DNA of 64,000 nucleotides from Ramazzottius varieornatus (GCA_001949185.1 BDGG01000010.1:877773-941772); one strand, 5' to 3'. Counted from the stretch's first letter, positions 43,555 to 57,744 are shown. The notes: generated from the sequence alone by a model not told the origin. Numbers and translations: made by a program.

Positions 43555-44314
43555 CACAATGTGTTTAGTTTAGTTTTGTTGAAGTACATGTACGGAATAG
43601 TTGATTCATTTAATCTCGCGAGAATCTTGTTCATCGCACCAAAGAAGAAATCTGAGTTTTTGAATCTTTGAGCTTTTCTCTTCCCCCTTCACACTGTTGT
43701 AGTAGCACATTTTGTGTACCTCCTCCCTTTCTTGGTTTCATGTTTTATTCACCCTCTTGTTGTTTCGTCACTTTCGTGTTATTTTGGCCTTCCCATTGGC
43801 ATATATGTGTATGAAGTTTGGCTGGCGGAATCTCTTGAGTGGTAGTCTGTCACGGAACTACTGTACACTGAAAAGGCGTTTCACATGAGTGGATTCCAAC
43901 TCGTGCCGTATTGTCTACAGGATATCAATGAATTTCCGTTGCGATTGTTTACAGTTCGTCACTTTGGATTTCAAAACAAGCACAGTCCAAGCCAGTTAGT
44001 GTTGTTGTTATCCGAATACGCTTGGTCTGGAAAACTTTTGGCAACGTCACAGTAAAACTAGAGCAGAACGGTGTTCGGACTGCGAACTTGAAAGTGCGCC
44101 CTCTGTCTGGGTTCGGTCTCGCACACAATATTCTTTGATTAGAAGCGGAGAATTCAGCCATAAACAGTAACTGTCGTTATTATCGTGGGACCGAACTCAG
44201 AGTTGACAAAAAAATCCAGGTTACTCTCGACTTCTATACGGTGTTTTCCTGCCGTAGGTTTTAAAGTTTCCAAGATTGTATTAATAAAAGACCTGGTTGT
44301 TCTGTTGTCCGGAG

Positions 44315-45393
44315 ATGGCTGAGAAAACAGCGGACGAAATCGAAGAGACCTTGGAGGATGAGTCGTCTTTCGATTCGGATGAGAAGGACGACAGCGGTGA
44401 CAGTGATTTTTTGGAGAACTCGGATGGCTCATTATCAAACGTGGACACGGAGGACGACGAAGATGAGGAGGAATATGCTGGTCCGGTCTATTAAAGGCAA
44501 GTCAAGGCAAAGCACAAATGATGGAGAATTGGAGACCTTCAGTTTGATAATATTAATGCATATTGATCTTGAATACAGTTTCTCGTGTTCTTGTTTGCAC
44601 CATAACTTTCTCAATCTGGATGTCCGTCTCTAGACCGAGACCCAAGAAGGATAACGGACCGCACCTACGGATGGCAATCGTTGTCCAGAATGGAATGGAA
44701 TGACTGTAAGTTGAGCTGCGAAACTGCACCAGATCGGGTCTGCGGATTTCCTGAAACAGGAGCTGATCAAAGCCGGGCTTCCGGTCGCCACAATGACCCA
44801 AACCTGATCAAACCAAGATTGAATTTGCCATCAAGGATGTCATGGAACGCAGTATGGCCGTCGCGGCAGCTTATAGGTTGCTCAAGGTGGGCTTGACTCC
44901 TGTCCGAAATGCTCTGGAGGACAGAAAGCTGTGAGTGCACTTTGCTTGTTTGAATCTTTCCTCAATCATACTCGATAGCACAGCTTCTGTATTCTTCCAG
45001 GGTGCGGGAGAAGTCTCCCGGTATCGGTCGAGCGATACCAGACATTGTGTAGAAAGGAGCCAGTTTGGATGCAACAAGTAAAAAGTACAAGATTAATGGG
45101 CGGACTCTCAAAAACCGGCTGCTGGAGCAACGAAAGCTCAGTTCCAAGGAAAAGAAGAGCCCAGAACCAGACGACACAATGAAGAAGAGGTACTCGGAGT
45201 CACGCATTGTGAACAAGTAGCTGACCGAGAGGAGCAGCAGCTGATGGAACCGGAAGGCCTCGCAGAACTTGAAAAGATTGTGGATGTGCGAATGAAGCGG
45301 CAGTGTTTGGTCAAATGGCAAGGAGAAACGGAAGACCAAGCAAGCTGGGTGGACCAATATGTCTTTCTGGGACCGACCAGTTTGAAACACTAA
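44315..45393 (+). pseudogene. Decayed gene: acidic N-terminus, up to three psq-like HTHs and a C-terminal chromodomain-like region
   Basis: AIPDIV*KGASLDATSKKYKINGRTLKNRL (TAG at 45050), FAIKDVMERSMAVAAAYRLLKV, GMTVS*AAKLHQI, and after a frameshift LEKIVDVRMKRQCLVKWQGETEDQASW. Confidence 0.65.
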
Positions 45394-45573
45394 ACACCGT
45401 GGTCATTTCGTAGTGTAAACAGTAAAATTCACATCATATCGGAATGGAGTATTAGGTGCGCCCCTGTATATATCAATAGGATATCGCTATTAGAAGAAAA
45501 AAGTGGGATGAAACTTGAAATCAATAACTGAGGATGAAACAAGAATGCTAACAATCCAGAATCAAATCAGAAT

Positions 45574-48500
45574 CTATGAAACGCCCGAACTATTATCGCC
45601 ATCACCACCCTCCGTGGTACCAGCTAGCGCGTAATGCTGTCTCCTGATAGATGCCAGCTTCTCTCTTTCTTTTGTCAGTGAGTTTTCCAACTCTAAAACT
45701 CTAACCTGAGCGTCCATCTCGATCCTCTTTATCTTGTGCAGGGAAAGACTCGAAAAATCCAAATCCGCTGTAAATAAATACAACCCCGATCAACCCGCTG
45801 ATCTTACAAAGTCTACTGAGCATTCTAGGACGTACCTTTCTCTTCCACCAACTGCGCACACGATTTCGAGGTCGCCACCACAGCACCAGCTGCCTGTGTC
45901 ACAGATTTGCTTGCTTTGGAAAGCTCCGCCAGTGTTGCACTGTTCCTTTCAGCTTTGACTTTGGAGGAAACGACGAGCTGAACGGTTCCTGCCGATACTT
46001 CTTGAGAAGCCACAACGAGCTCCTCAAACTTGCCTTTTCCGCTGACCACCTTATCCGCTGCTTGCCTGTACAACCCCAAGAACATTCAGATTCGAAGCCA
46101 TGAAAGGACTAGTGAGAAGAAAGATCTGTCTTACAAAAGAACATTGGCTCCCAAGCCGACAGTCTTCGCTGCTGAAATGAGCCCTTCGGTCCATCGGTGG
46201 TTCCTCTTGTAGAACTCTTTCGGAGACGAGAAACCCTTTCCAGCCGCCATGATTTCTTGCTGCAAGGCTCTGGACTTCCTCACGAGAATTCTTATTGCCT
46301 AAATCAAGAAAGCTGATAACCAGCTTCACCGTTGACTAAAGAGGTGGGAGTTGGGCAAACAAAAAGCACGAGATCGTTTCCCAAGCGACGCACGTCGCCA
46401 GCCAAAGTTATCAACAAAGTGCGCCACTTGGGAAAAACGATCTGGTCGAGTTTGGTGGCCGAGCTCAATGAAGAAACTGATAGCTTACTGTCATGAGAGT
46501 CGTGCAAGAATCCAGGATCTTGGCATTGACTTCCAGCTTGACACCGGTGTCTCTTGTCCGTGAGTTAACTAGCATCTCTTCGATCTTCAACGCGGCTTCT
46601 TCAATCGCCTTGTCCATGTCATGGAGCTCCTTCTCGACCATATCAGCCACTTCGTCAGACCGTACGTCCTCCACCTTGGGTATCAGAACTGTGGAGAGCT
46701 GTTGGAGGACTTCCAACTTCTCCTCCAGTCCACCTAGCAAGGCAGCCACGCCCTGTGGATCCTCTCGGAAACCCTGCAGGTACTCGACTGATTCTTCGCC
46801 GATCTGCTTAGCGAGCAGGGAAAACTCTGCAACGCGCAGCATTACTGTTATGGTCAACATCGCTAATATTCGAACTCAAAATATGCTTCAGATAGCAAAA
46901 GAGAAGGTAATAGTGCCTACCGTCTGTCAAGTCGATGGGAGCCATATGAGAGGTTTCCATGCACTGGATAAGGCAATGTGAAATGTGATGGAAAGTCAGA
47001 AGGATTTCTTTGGACAGCTCGTTCATACCTATCAACACATTCGGGTTAGATTAATATTCACATCGAAGTTGCACAATCGAATCACTCCGAAATACGGACG
47101 AGGTAACGATAGCTAACTTACGATCTTCCTGCCCGACAGGAATGGACCGTAGGTGCCTGAGGTGATCGAGCGCAGGTTCAACACAGACCAGAAGAAACTC
47201 TGAAAGATAAGACACACATACAGTGGTCAATAGTTTGGATATTCGATCATTACAGAATTCAATCGTGGATGTTACCCTACCTGGCGTGGAGGTGAGCATT
47301 GTGAAGGAAGGGTGTTCCCATGTGGCGACGGTCTGCTTGATCTCTTCGGCAGCAGTACCACAAGTAATATCTGCAAAGAGAATGTTAAGCTTGGAAAGAG
47401 CCTGACCTAGGATAACAGCAGGATCCCGGAAGTACTTACTGAACAGGCTTTGACGAAGACCGCGAGTTTCCAGTTCGTGTTGGAAGTTGATGCTTTCAAA
47501 GTCCCCTTCCAGGGCAGCGAGTTGTTCCCTGAGATCATTCTGCCGCTTCATCGCCGCTTCGTAGTCTGTCCTGAAAGCCTGCCTGGACTCCGTCACGGAC
47601 TGTAACTCGTTCTCCAGACTCTGTAAAGAAAGAGGAAACGTCAGGCATTCGAATGGTATTATCCAGTACTAAAAACCTTCACTACACGCAGCAAATGCTA
47701 CTCAGAAGTTGTCCTCCACCGTAGTTAGAATCAAGTTGGTCAGTTGGATGACAGAAGGTCGAAGTGTTAGTCATGAACCCACAGTGGCATACCGCAACGC
47801 GATCCGTCAGAGACTGGATGAGGACCCGCTTCGCCTGGTTGTCAGTCTGCGTGTTGACTTTGAAGTCTTCGAACGCCAGTTCAATCTCTTCCCTTCCTGA
47901 CTCGTGCGCCAAAGATTTCTCTAACGATGTTTTGAGTTGGACAGCAAGGTTTTCCGCGCGTCGTGACATCGAGTCGCGTTCAGCCTCAATCTCAGTCTTC
48001 TCTTTCGACCTGATAGCCAGTTCCTCCTCAACTTCCTGCGAACAATGCAACCTTCCCCGTTTGCCTTCTTAGAGTATAAAGCTTCACGATAAAGGACCCA
48101 GTATACCTGTAAGCGTTTCGCCAACAAGAGGACCTCCTTAGTTTTATCTTGCAGTTCCTGCTGGGCGGTACACTTTGCGCTGTCCATACTTTGGCGTTGC
48201 TGGTCTGTCTGCAGATTAAAGTTCGCTCTTTCGGTATCGAGTTGCTGTTGCAAAGCTTGCGCGCTCTGCTGCGACTTTGCGTGTTCAAGTTCGATACAGG
48301 ATTTTGCCAGCCTTGTCTCTTCGAGCTCCCGTTCCAACTCCTACAGACGAAACAAATTTGGCAGTTGGGAGTACCTGTCGAGGTGGAACTGAGAGTAACG
48401 TACACTAAAGCGGTGCTCCAGCCAAAGAAGCTCCTCACTTTTACTTTGTAATTCCTCTGCAGAAAGAGTCTTCGAGGTTTCCATCTCGTTCTGTAACTGC

Positions 48501-51500
48501 TCTATTTTCGCACTGGCTTCTTTCTGCTCAAGCTCGAGTTGGTTCCTCAAAGCTTTCTCACTTTCCAACAGTTTCACGCGTTGAAGATCCAAACTCGCCT
48601 TCGCGGTTCGTGTGTTTTCGAGCTCGTCTTCCACGCCCTATAGGAAGCTTGTACTGGACATGAGCAACTGTATGAACCCAAGTGTGATAGTACGCACCCT
48701 AAGTCGTTGCTCCAAAGAGAAGATATCCAAAACCTGCGTTTGGAATTGTGTCTGTGCTAGCTTTTCCGCAGCTTCCATCTGTTTTCTCAGTTCCCCCATC
48801 TGCCCCGCAGCCGCCATCTTCTCAAGGTGAAGCTGTTCCTGGAGAGACTTCTCGCTCTTGAGCAACGTCTCGCGTTCATCTTCTGCACTCGCTCTGGCTA
48901 ATTGCGTGTCCACTAGCTCTTTTTCCAAGTCCTGCACCGAAAGCAAATCACCCAAGTATGAAAAAGAATCAGCGTTTTCCAGTGAGTTCCATACCCTAAG
49001 ACGCTGTTCCATTAAGGAAAGTTCGCCGCTTTTGCCTTGCAGTTCGTTCACCACCAGCGTTCTTGCGTTCTCCATGCTCTCCCTCAGCTTCATCATCTCA
49101 CTATTCGCATGCACCCTCTCAGCCTCCAGCTCCTGCTGCAGAGCTGCCTCTCGCAACAGCAGGGCTTCCTGGTCAGCTGTCAGGCTTCTGTTGGATTCTA
49201 TGGATGCCTGAAGTTCAGTTTCGACCTCCTACGTAATCATGTCACGTTACTTATGGGTGAATGAATGACTGAATGTAAAGCAACAGAGCGGATGTGATTT
49301 TCGGCCGTAGCATTTGAGTTTCGGATCAACATACCGTTATCCTTTTCCGAAGGGAATCCTGCTCCGCTAAGCTTTTCGCAAGTGCGGCCTGAGCACTTCC
49401 GGCGGAAGTCTCCATGCTACGCCGTAACGTTTCCCTTTCCGTATCGAAAGATTCTTTCTGGACGGTGATTGTGTCTCGCAGATCTTTCACGCGTTGTAAA
49501 GTGGCTTCATGTTCAAGTTCTAGTTTGGACTTTGCTGAAGCGACAGAGCAAAGCTCTGTCTCAACATCCTGCGTCCAACAAGATTAGTGTACCAACATAC
49601 AGGAATTTTAGCATGAGTTGTCTGTACCTGCAAACTCGTTTTCAATGACGTTAGTTCCTGCTCTTTTTCATTGAGGACCTCTTGGGAACTAATGGTTAAG
49701 CTCTCGATTCGCAGGTTCCAGTGCTCCTTGTCAGCCTTCGAAGTCTTCAACAACTCGTCTAGGCTCGCTGTCAGTTCTTGTTCCCGGAGCTGCACAGCCT
49801 CGAGGAGGGCTTTCACATTATCATTCTCGGACGCGAGGGACCGTGATTCACTTTCAGCTTCCTACAGAAACCTTGTGCATGTTTTCTGGGAATCTACCGG
49901 TATCAAACTGACCAACTTGATAACAGTACTGTGTATAAGTAGAAGGTCGAACTGCGGAAGGTTCGACTGGCAGAAAATTTGTGGTTTGTTTTGTCTTAAT
50001 GCGACAGAACAGGTGCCTCGAAGAACCCATCCTATTCTGTTCCGCTACAGCACTTACCGCTAGACGCTTCTCCAGTAAAGCACCTTCCTCGGCCTTCTCC
50101 TCCAGCTGACGCTGAACGCTGACTGAGGTATCTTCCAGGCTACGTTGCAGCTGCTCTTTCTCCATGTTAAAATTCATGACTTCGACGTTGAGTTCCTGAT
50201 GGAAAAAGTCATTCATAGAAGCCGTTACTTCCGGTCGAAAGCATATAATTAAAATGTCTCCGTTCAGTTGGTTCTTACATTGTTCTGTCGTTCGGTGTCT
50301 TCCAAAGCCTTCTTCGTGGCTTTGTACTGCTTTTCCGTGTTCGCGTGGTCGCGCAGAAGCCCGACATGCTTTTCTCTCAGTTCATTGTACACTTCCTTCA
50401 GTTTCTTGAACTTGTCATCAGCGACTTTTGCTCGTTCTAAAAATACCACTCGTTTTCACAACAGCCATCTTATCATTTTATGACAGTCCAACCAACAAAA
50501 ACTGTTACTGTCATTGCAACCCACTGTCTAGTTCCTCAAAGTTTGCCATGACTTGTGGATTTTGTGCCGACTGCTCAATTTGCCGCATCAGTTCCAGTCT
50601 TTCCTGTAATGCGTGAACAAGAAAGACCTGGTTACTTAAAGTGCACGTCAATAAACAGATGAAATGTCAAACGGAAGACGTTTAGCTGTAACTGACCATT
50701 TCCGTTTGCGCTCGGTGCTCCTCACCCTCACGTTCCAGCTCAACCACTCGGTTACGTAAATCATCAATGACGACCAGATCGTCAGACTTAATCTTGTCTG
50801 TAGCTCTCCTCAACCGTTCAATCTCCTGAAGCAGCTCTTCAATCACCCGATCCCTACACAACAAGGAAGGAGTCACAGTTAGCACAAAGACGTTCAAAGA
50901 CGATATCATGAATTAATCATGTTGAAACTTACGTACTTTACTGTCAGCGAGTTCTCTTGGTCGTTGATGGAATCTCCATAGCCGTTTGTCGAAGGCGTTT
51001 CGTTTTCACGATTATTTCCATTCTAAAAAAACGAAACAGTCAAATTTATTAACCGGGAAATGGGCAAACTAAACGCACAAAATTTTTATTTCAAGTGGTG
51101 CACGCCATCAGTGCATTTGGATTGAAGGGTGCGCCATTCAGATTACGATCTTGCACGTTTTGTTTTCCCAGCTTTCAGTAACAGTTTTGTCCTTCGTTAC
51201 GACGACAGACACAAAAAACAATACTAGTTCGAAAAACACAGCCATTATCCACAAAAGGAATTACCGTGTTTGTTGTGTCGATTAATACGCCTTCAGTGTC
51301 GCCGCCAACCTCTTCCGGTTGTTCCTGTTCTCGAGCGACCGGTGTCACATACTCTTTGATGCTCACGGCTGAGAGGAAGTTCGGTGCTCTCTGAAACGAC
51401 CCAAGAAATGCAATTCAGCCCTTATTATCACACTAGTCAGTTTATTGCTGCTGAGAAAGCGCACTGGATCTGATAAGTAACTGTTTATGAAAATGGGTCG

Positions 51501-54479
51501 CTGTGGAGTAGGCTCACCTCCGGAAGAGAGGGAATCTGGATTAGGTTCTTGAAATACTGCAGGTTGCTCGAACTGTGGTAAAGGTGCTGGAGCAGCTTGA
51601 ACTGCTTCGTGAAACGTTCTCTGTGACCTGAGAGCACGTCCTGAGGAAGCGCTGTAAGGGACGAACCGGAACTCAATGGAAAGGTTTCTCTAGTGAACTT
51701 TTCATAAAGTTTGCATGTGCGAGGAGGTTTGAGTTCACCTGTATGGAGTTTGAACATCATTTTGACGATGAAGTCATAAAGCTGGCAGGAATCTAGAATG
51801 CACGGAATGATAGCGACCAGACGGGACTGGCCAACAGCTGTCATGGAATTGGCGCGACTCATATCGAAGGACCCGAAGACGGCAGCTGCAAGTTCGAGGA
51901 TGTTTTCCATGTAGTCGAACATCTCGACAGTCAACTGGAAACTAAAGAAACAAAACTCGGTTTTAATCCGTGCTTTCTTGTGACTGTTTCATTTCGTGGT
52001 TTGACGTTGATGTATCTTCGTACTAGTTATTTGGATCGTTTTCGGCGATTTTCTGCAGTTCGTCACCGCCAATATGCAAGTTTCCCGGGAAGCGTGGGTT
52101 CTATAGGCAAACAAAAGGCATCAATAATAACAAGAGAATTCGTCGATGTGGAGGGGAAATGTGGTTTTTGCCGACCGCTGTGCTCACCTTGCGATGGAAG
52201 TCGAGCTTGACGGCCAAAAGCTCACAGTAACGAGTAATCAAAGGACCGTAGCCGAGCTTCAAGTGACCCTGAAAGCGCACCAGTCAATTAGACACTTTGT
52301 TGGTTCGAACAAACAAGCGGCACAATCGAGACATTCACAGTGCTTACCCACAAACGACCAAGGTCCTGAATAAAGGGCTGCTGCCGCATGGAATCCTTGA
52401 TGACGTTAGCGTGGCCATCGCGAAAAAGCTTGTGGACCACATAGCAGAACTTCCAGGCGACGACGGGGTTGCCTTGGACGGGGACGCGGGACAGGACCAA
52501 GGACCAGAAGGTGTGGGCACCTTTCTCTTGGAATGTACCGATGATCAACGTCCGCACGTGCTTCTCTTTGGCGGGAACCTCTTCGGTGTTGATCGCTTTC
52601 TGTAGAGCCACAAACTACGGAAACAAATCAATATTTATACTTTCACGAATAACTTTGCGAACAGGCCTCTGGATCGATAAGGCGACTGATCCCTTATCTG
52701 AGAGAAATCCCTCCATCAAGGTTCGCGAACCCCCTAATGTGTCGCTCAAACTGCACTGTGATGGTTTGAAAGCTCCGACTTGGCTACCGACAAATCATTC
52801 CTTTTCCTTCGTTTGCATGAACCTGAATTTCTTAACACATGTACTTATCAACTTGTTCCTTGAGTTATGGGGCAGCATAAAGCTTCCTGCAGGACGCTTA
52901 TCCGTGTTCGGCGTCTGATATACTTTGCGCGGACACCGCGATACATGTGTATTTTACATACTTGAATAAACAACCTGCGTAATTCGTAAACCCATATCCT
53001 TGTTCAAACTAGCAAACCAAACAGCGATACGACCAGACTTTTTGCAATCCGCATCATCCGAAACCAAATCCTTCTGCCGGAAGCTTCTCCACTCGGCATA
53101 CATCAGGACCCATGAACATGATGGAACAACGTTCAAGTCTGACCAGAGACAATTAACAGCCCACTACGAATTCGCTTACCTCAGCCTTCTTTGCTTTAGT
53201 GTAATCCATAATGGCCGACTCAGCGTTTCAGGCACAAACCACCATTGATGACGAACACACTTCTCGCAAAGTTCTCCAGTTACTTCAACCTACCAACAAC
53301 TCAGTGGACTAATTTGGCAATAAAGAAAGACGATGGAAGACGTTACTAGACATGAGTAATCAGGTGTGTCCGTGAATGCCAAGCAGTGGGAAGATTTCTG
53401 CGCGAGACTCGGAGATGTCGTCTAGGTACGGTTCCACAACGAAGCACAACTGTTTCGACTGCATACCACAGCCATGTCAGTTTCCGCAGCCAACTGTTCA
53501 TTATTCACGCCTCTCCCCTTAGCCGAGCCAGTTCGATAAACCTATCTTATCCTCCTTCCGCAAACTTCAATAGCCGACGATTAGTTTACCACCTCATCAA
53601 ACCTTTGACACCTCGTGCCAGCCTCGATAATAAACACTGGCACGCTTTCTCGTTCTGGAACACCTCAAAAGCCGCAAAAAACCTTCGAAACTTTGTGATC
53701 TTCCTCATTCTTCTTTCGTGAGCTGCAGCAGCTTATCTCGATCGTTGTTGAAGCCTTACGCTACTTCCGTATTCTGTCCTGCAAGTAGACGGATAAATTG
53801 CAAGTTTGAAGTTGCGCCATTGTGAAGTTTAAGAGCAGGCAGTTAAGCGACGGCAGGTGCAGACAATCTCACTTCCGCATATCGGATCACGACTTTCAAG
53901 AGCGCCCACGCAAGACAAACGGAGATTACGTGTCGCGAATAAGCTTATGAGCATCCTCGACGGTCAGCTCTCAACATCCAAGAGGTTTGACCAGTGTCTC
54001 TTACCACCAGACAGCACAGAAAGAAAAACTTCCGCGATGACGTAATAGATCACATGGCGAGCCATGTGCGCTTCACAAGTTTCTGGGCACGTGATCAACA
54101 CACCTTTGGTGAGCCGTATAGAGACACCGTCCAGCAGCAGCGTTGCCTTTCGGGGCCAGTTAATTTCGCCCCGACACACTGTGCTTCCAGCTGTTTTGAC
54201 GGTGGACGAAATAGACGGAACATCGAGCACAAGAAAAAACCACGACGATTGAATTACGACGGTCACAGCCCAGCACGCTTTACGACTTCACGCCTGGTGT
54301 TTAAGTTATGCAATATTATTTTCGTAGAAGCTGAAAAACTTGTTCCGGGTGATATTTACCGTGTTTCGTTCGAAGTCTTCGCGTTCAGCTTGGACAGGGT
54401 TCGGTGGGACAATTTTGCGATGGATGGCGCGTGCCGCTGACGAGGAAGCTGCGGTGATTTGGTTCAACGAGGATTGCAT
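45574..54479 (-). CDS. HIP1: Huntingtin-interacting protein 1 / HIP1R (Sla2 family) with an extended coiled coil
   Basis: First exon 54360-54479 (...QAEREDFERNT), ANTH domain (KAINTEEVPAKEKHVR; WKFCYVVHKLFRDGH) and C-terminal I/LWEQ domain (EELVVASQEVSAGTVQLVVSSKVKA; EMDAQVRVLELE). Confidence 0.95.
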
Positions 54480-55625
54480 TCTTCAGTTTGTGACAATCGC
54501 GTGCGATCGAATAAGGAGATGATGAATCGATGGTCAATAATAAACAACGCAATGAAACGATCAATGACGCAGAAATGAGTGGAAAAACGGGGAGCGTCGC
54601 GCGATTGGGGCCTGGGCGCACTAAGCTGTCACCCCGGATATCAGGAGCACCGTTTTGGTTGAGGGCGACCCTGGATCAACGACAGGATTAGTCCCTTTCC
54701 GTAAACGCAGGTGATATTCAGTAATCATCTGAAAAACACGAGAACATGACCATAAGCTTGAACAGATACGGATAAGTGTTCGCATGTGAATTTATTAATT
54801 TTGATCCCTTCAAAACGGAAAATTAACATCATCGTAAATGTTAAAGCTTACTCGTAGCGAAAACCCCTGATTCGAAAAAAGGGTCTTACGGATTACAGTA
54901 TATGTCCGAAGATTCTCCTCGACAAAACAGATCCCGACTTTTCCGATGTATATTCCGTGTCGATTGGCAAATGATTACGATAAGCCTGTAAAGCAAGACA
55001 CATGACAAACAAACAACTGATAACCATAAGCACCTTCCATTTGAGAAGATTCTGTGTAATGTGTGTACAAAACAGATGGGTTCAAATGAGATTCTGCGGA
55101 GCAGAAAGATCAAAGCTCAGAAAAAATTTCCAATGGAGATTTCCATTGCTGCGCAGCACGAGCAGGTGGCTGTGACTTGTTTACATCGCTATTTCCGGTA
55201 CGACAGCGGAGTATCAGATGACGCATCTAGGACCATCCAACCGGAATTGGAGTCCCACCCGCAGCCCAGTGTCATTCGTGGAAAAAGTCTGACACAAGTT
55301 ACGTTAGTACGTGTACAGTCTGCAGCGCATCTCCGCATGGAGTTACGAAATCCACCGGAAGTGCGATCGCTTTGCGGCAGCGCTGGACGGATGATTTTGC
55401 GAGAGCTCCGCCCAGAAGGCTGGCTTTTCAGCGGAGCTTTAGAATGGATCATAGAACACTTGAGTCATCGTAGAAAGCCGTTCAGGCACTCTAAAGCCCT
55501 TAAATTGGGGCAAACTATGGCAAGCCTGAGCTTATGGCGGAAGATCAAAGAGAAATTTCTTGGCACCGAAAGTGGTCTCTACCATTAGTAATCTGCTGTA
55601 CGTACAGGCATAGTGCATTATTCTA

Positions 55626-57587
55626 CTGTATACTCTCCCGAAATTCACGTACGTCTCTCCATTCGGAGTGTGAAACAACAGAAAGAGTTCTCATACGGTG
55701 ACTATAACAGTCGGAATCACATTGACGTCATCAGAACTAATCAGAACTAATCATCAGAACTCATTTGAGCACGAAATTCCGCCGACTGGTTTGTTTTTCT
55801 CGTCTGGCTTTAGCGAAACTTAGTAAAATCTGCCCCAATCGTCTTCATTGTACTTTTACTCCAACACTGTAATATGGGCAAGCTGAAGAATCGAGAAGAT
55901 AACCAGGATCGTTGACCAAAACTACCTGCTGTTCCGCAGACTACTCTTGAGCGCCGCGCCGAGATTATCTACAAGATGGACCATGGCGTAGTTCCGATCT
56001 CCTGTATTTAAATTTGCTTTATATCGACAGTGCTGACCATATTTCATGCGTTTGCTCGTACTGTGTAGTTGAAATCTGGAGAATTGGCTGGTATGTACGA
56101 CATGCACGAATCTGGCATCCGGAAAATGTACAAAGAGTAATTTGAAGCTGGAGAGGCGTTGAAAACACAGGGAGCCAGTGTCAGAAAGAGAAAGAGAACG
56201 ACGAAAAAGTTGGAATATCCTGAGATTGATGAAGGAGTTCAGAAGGTTCTGGAATGAGCACGTAAGCGACAGATATCTGTCAGCCCTCCTCAAGAATGTG
56301 GTCACTTTTATTGCATCGAGTCTTAAGGTCGAAAGCTTTAAAGGAAGTCCGGGTTGGATGGAAAAGTTCAAGGGACGGCACGGCATCAATCTGAAAACTT
56401 TACACGGCACAAAACAGTATCAATCGTAATCGTAACGGAATTCGTGTTTCTGGAATGACACGGTTACTTGACTTTTGAAGTTCGTTTTTTCCGTATAGGT
56501 GGAGAATCCTGCGCAGATCTAGCCGTTTTAGAGAACTGGTTCACTGTTAATTTGCCGACACTTCTACTGAATGTGGATTCGCGAAACCTATTTAATGCTG
56601 ACGAGACCGGACTGTTTTGGAGAAATGTCGGAGAGAAGTCGCTAGTGAACGGGAAACCTCAGGAAACAGGCGTCAAGATCGCGAAAGACAGAATCACTAT
56701 CTCCCTGCTGTGCTCTGCATCTCGGAAAATTTCGCAGTCTGTGTGATCTGCACGGCTCAAAGAGCACGAGCTTCCGAACGAAATGCTGTTCATGATGTCA
56801 CAGTTGACAAGTACGGTTTCTCTTACTACTATAACCAAACCGCTTGGATGACAACCAAGATTTTCAACTCGTGGCTCGACTGGTTGAATGCGGAGATGAT
56901 CAGACAAGGCCGTCATGTTCTTCTCGTCGTCGACAACTTTATAGCACATAAGGTTTCATCACGCTTAAAAGTCACGCTGCTCTTCTTTCCTCCAAACTTC
57001 ACTTTCCGAGCTCAGCTTTCAGACGCTGGTATCATCAAGAGCTTCAAAGATTACTTTAAGCGTCAAGTTTTCCAACGTGCTTTTGAGAAAATTCCAGTAA
57101 TCAGAGGTGTAGAAGATTTCGTCAAAGGCCTCACGGTATTTGACGCTGTCGACTTGGCTATCGAGGCATGGAGAAGCGTAAAGCCTTTCACTATTGTTAA
57201 CTGATTTTACAAGTGTAAAATTGTCGATCAGAAGTTCCAAGAGACGCCTGAGCTAGAAGTCGACGAGGTGGTCAATGTCGCTTCACAATGTCCTGCTGCG
57301 GTGCAGGTTGTGTACGATCTCGTTAGTTGTGATACTAATGAGTATTAGTAATATCACGTGCGGCTCAGGAATTTGTTGGTTGGTATTTACGGTGTGAATT
57401 TTGGTTTTGTTGTCGTGTATCTTTGGTTTTTTTCTTTTTGCATGGTTGTTTCGTCTCTTCGGTTCTCATATAAATGATCGGTAATTCCGTCATGGAATGA
57501 CGTCAGTTTTAGTTTGTATTTAAGCCACGGTAAGACCCCAATGATTTGAGAGTCAGTGACGTACGTGAGTTTCGAGAGAGCATACAG
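55626..57587 (+). mobile_element. TIR-bounded but inactivated pogo/Tigger-type DNA transposon (DDE_1 transposase, about 55875-57340)
   Basis: 30-bp TIRs with 3 mismatches (CTGTATACTCTCCCGAAATTCACGTACGTC) flanked by TA. Motifs FKGSPGWMEKFKGRHGI, NADETGLFW, KDRITI, AWMT, LVVDNF and PPNFT...DAGII; stops and frameshifts present. Confidence 0.92.
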
Positions 57588-57744
57588 TACCCTGTTGATC
57601 GTGCAGTGTCGTCAAGTGGTACTATCAACAGGATTATTAATTCCGCATTAATCAGTACCCCAACATCTCCGAATGATTAGTACAGAATTGATTGATCAAA
57701 TCCGAAATCACGGCTCATGGCTCATTAAAAACTTGAAAAAATTC

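Noticed and set aside
55061-55588. 175-aa plus-strand ORF
   Set aside because: Non-ATG start and no recognisable domain; lies between the HIP1 promoter region and a transposon.
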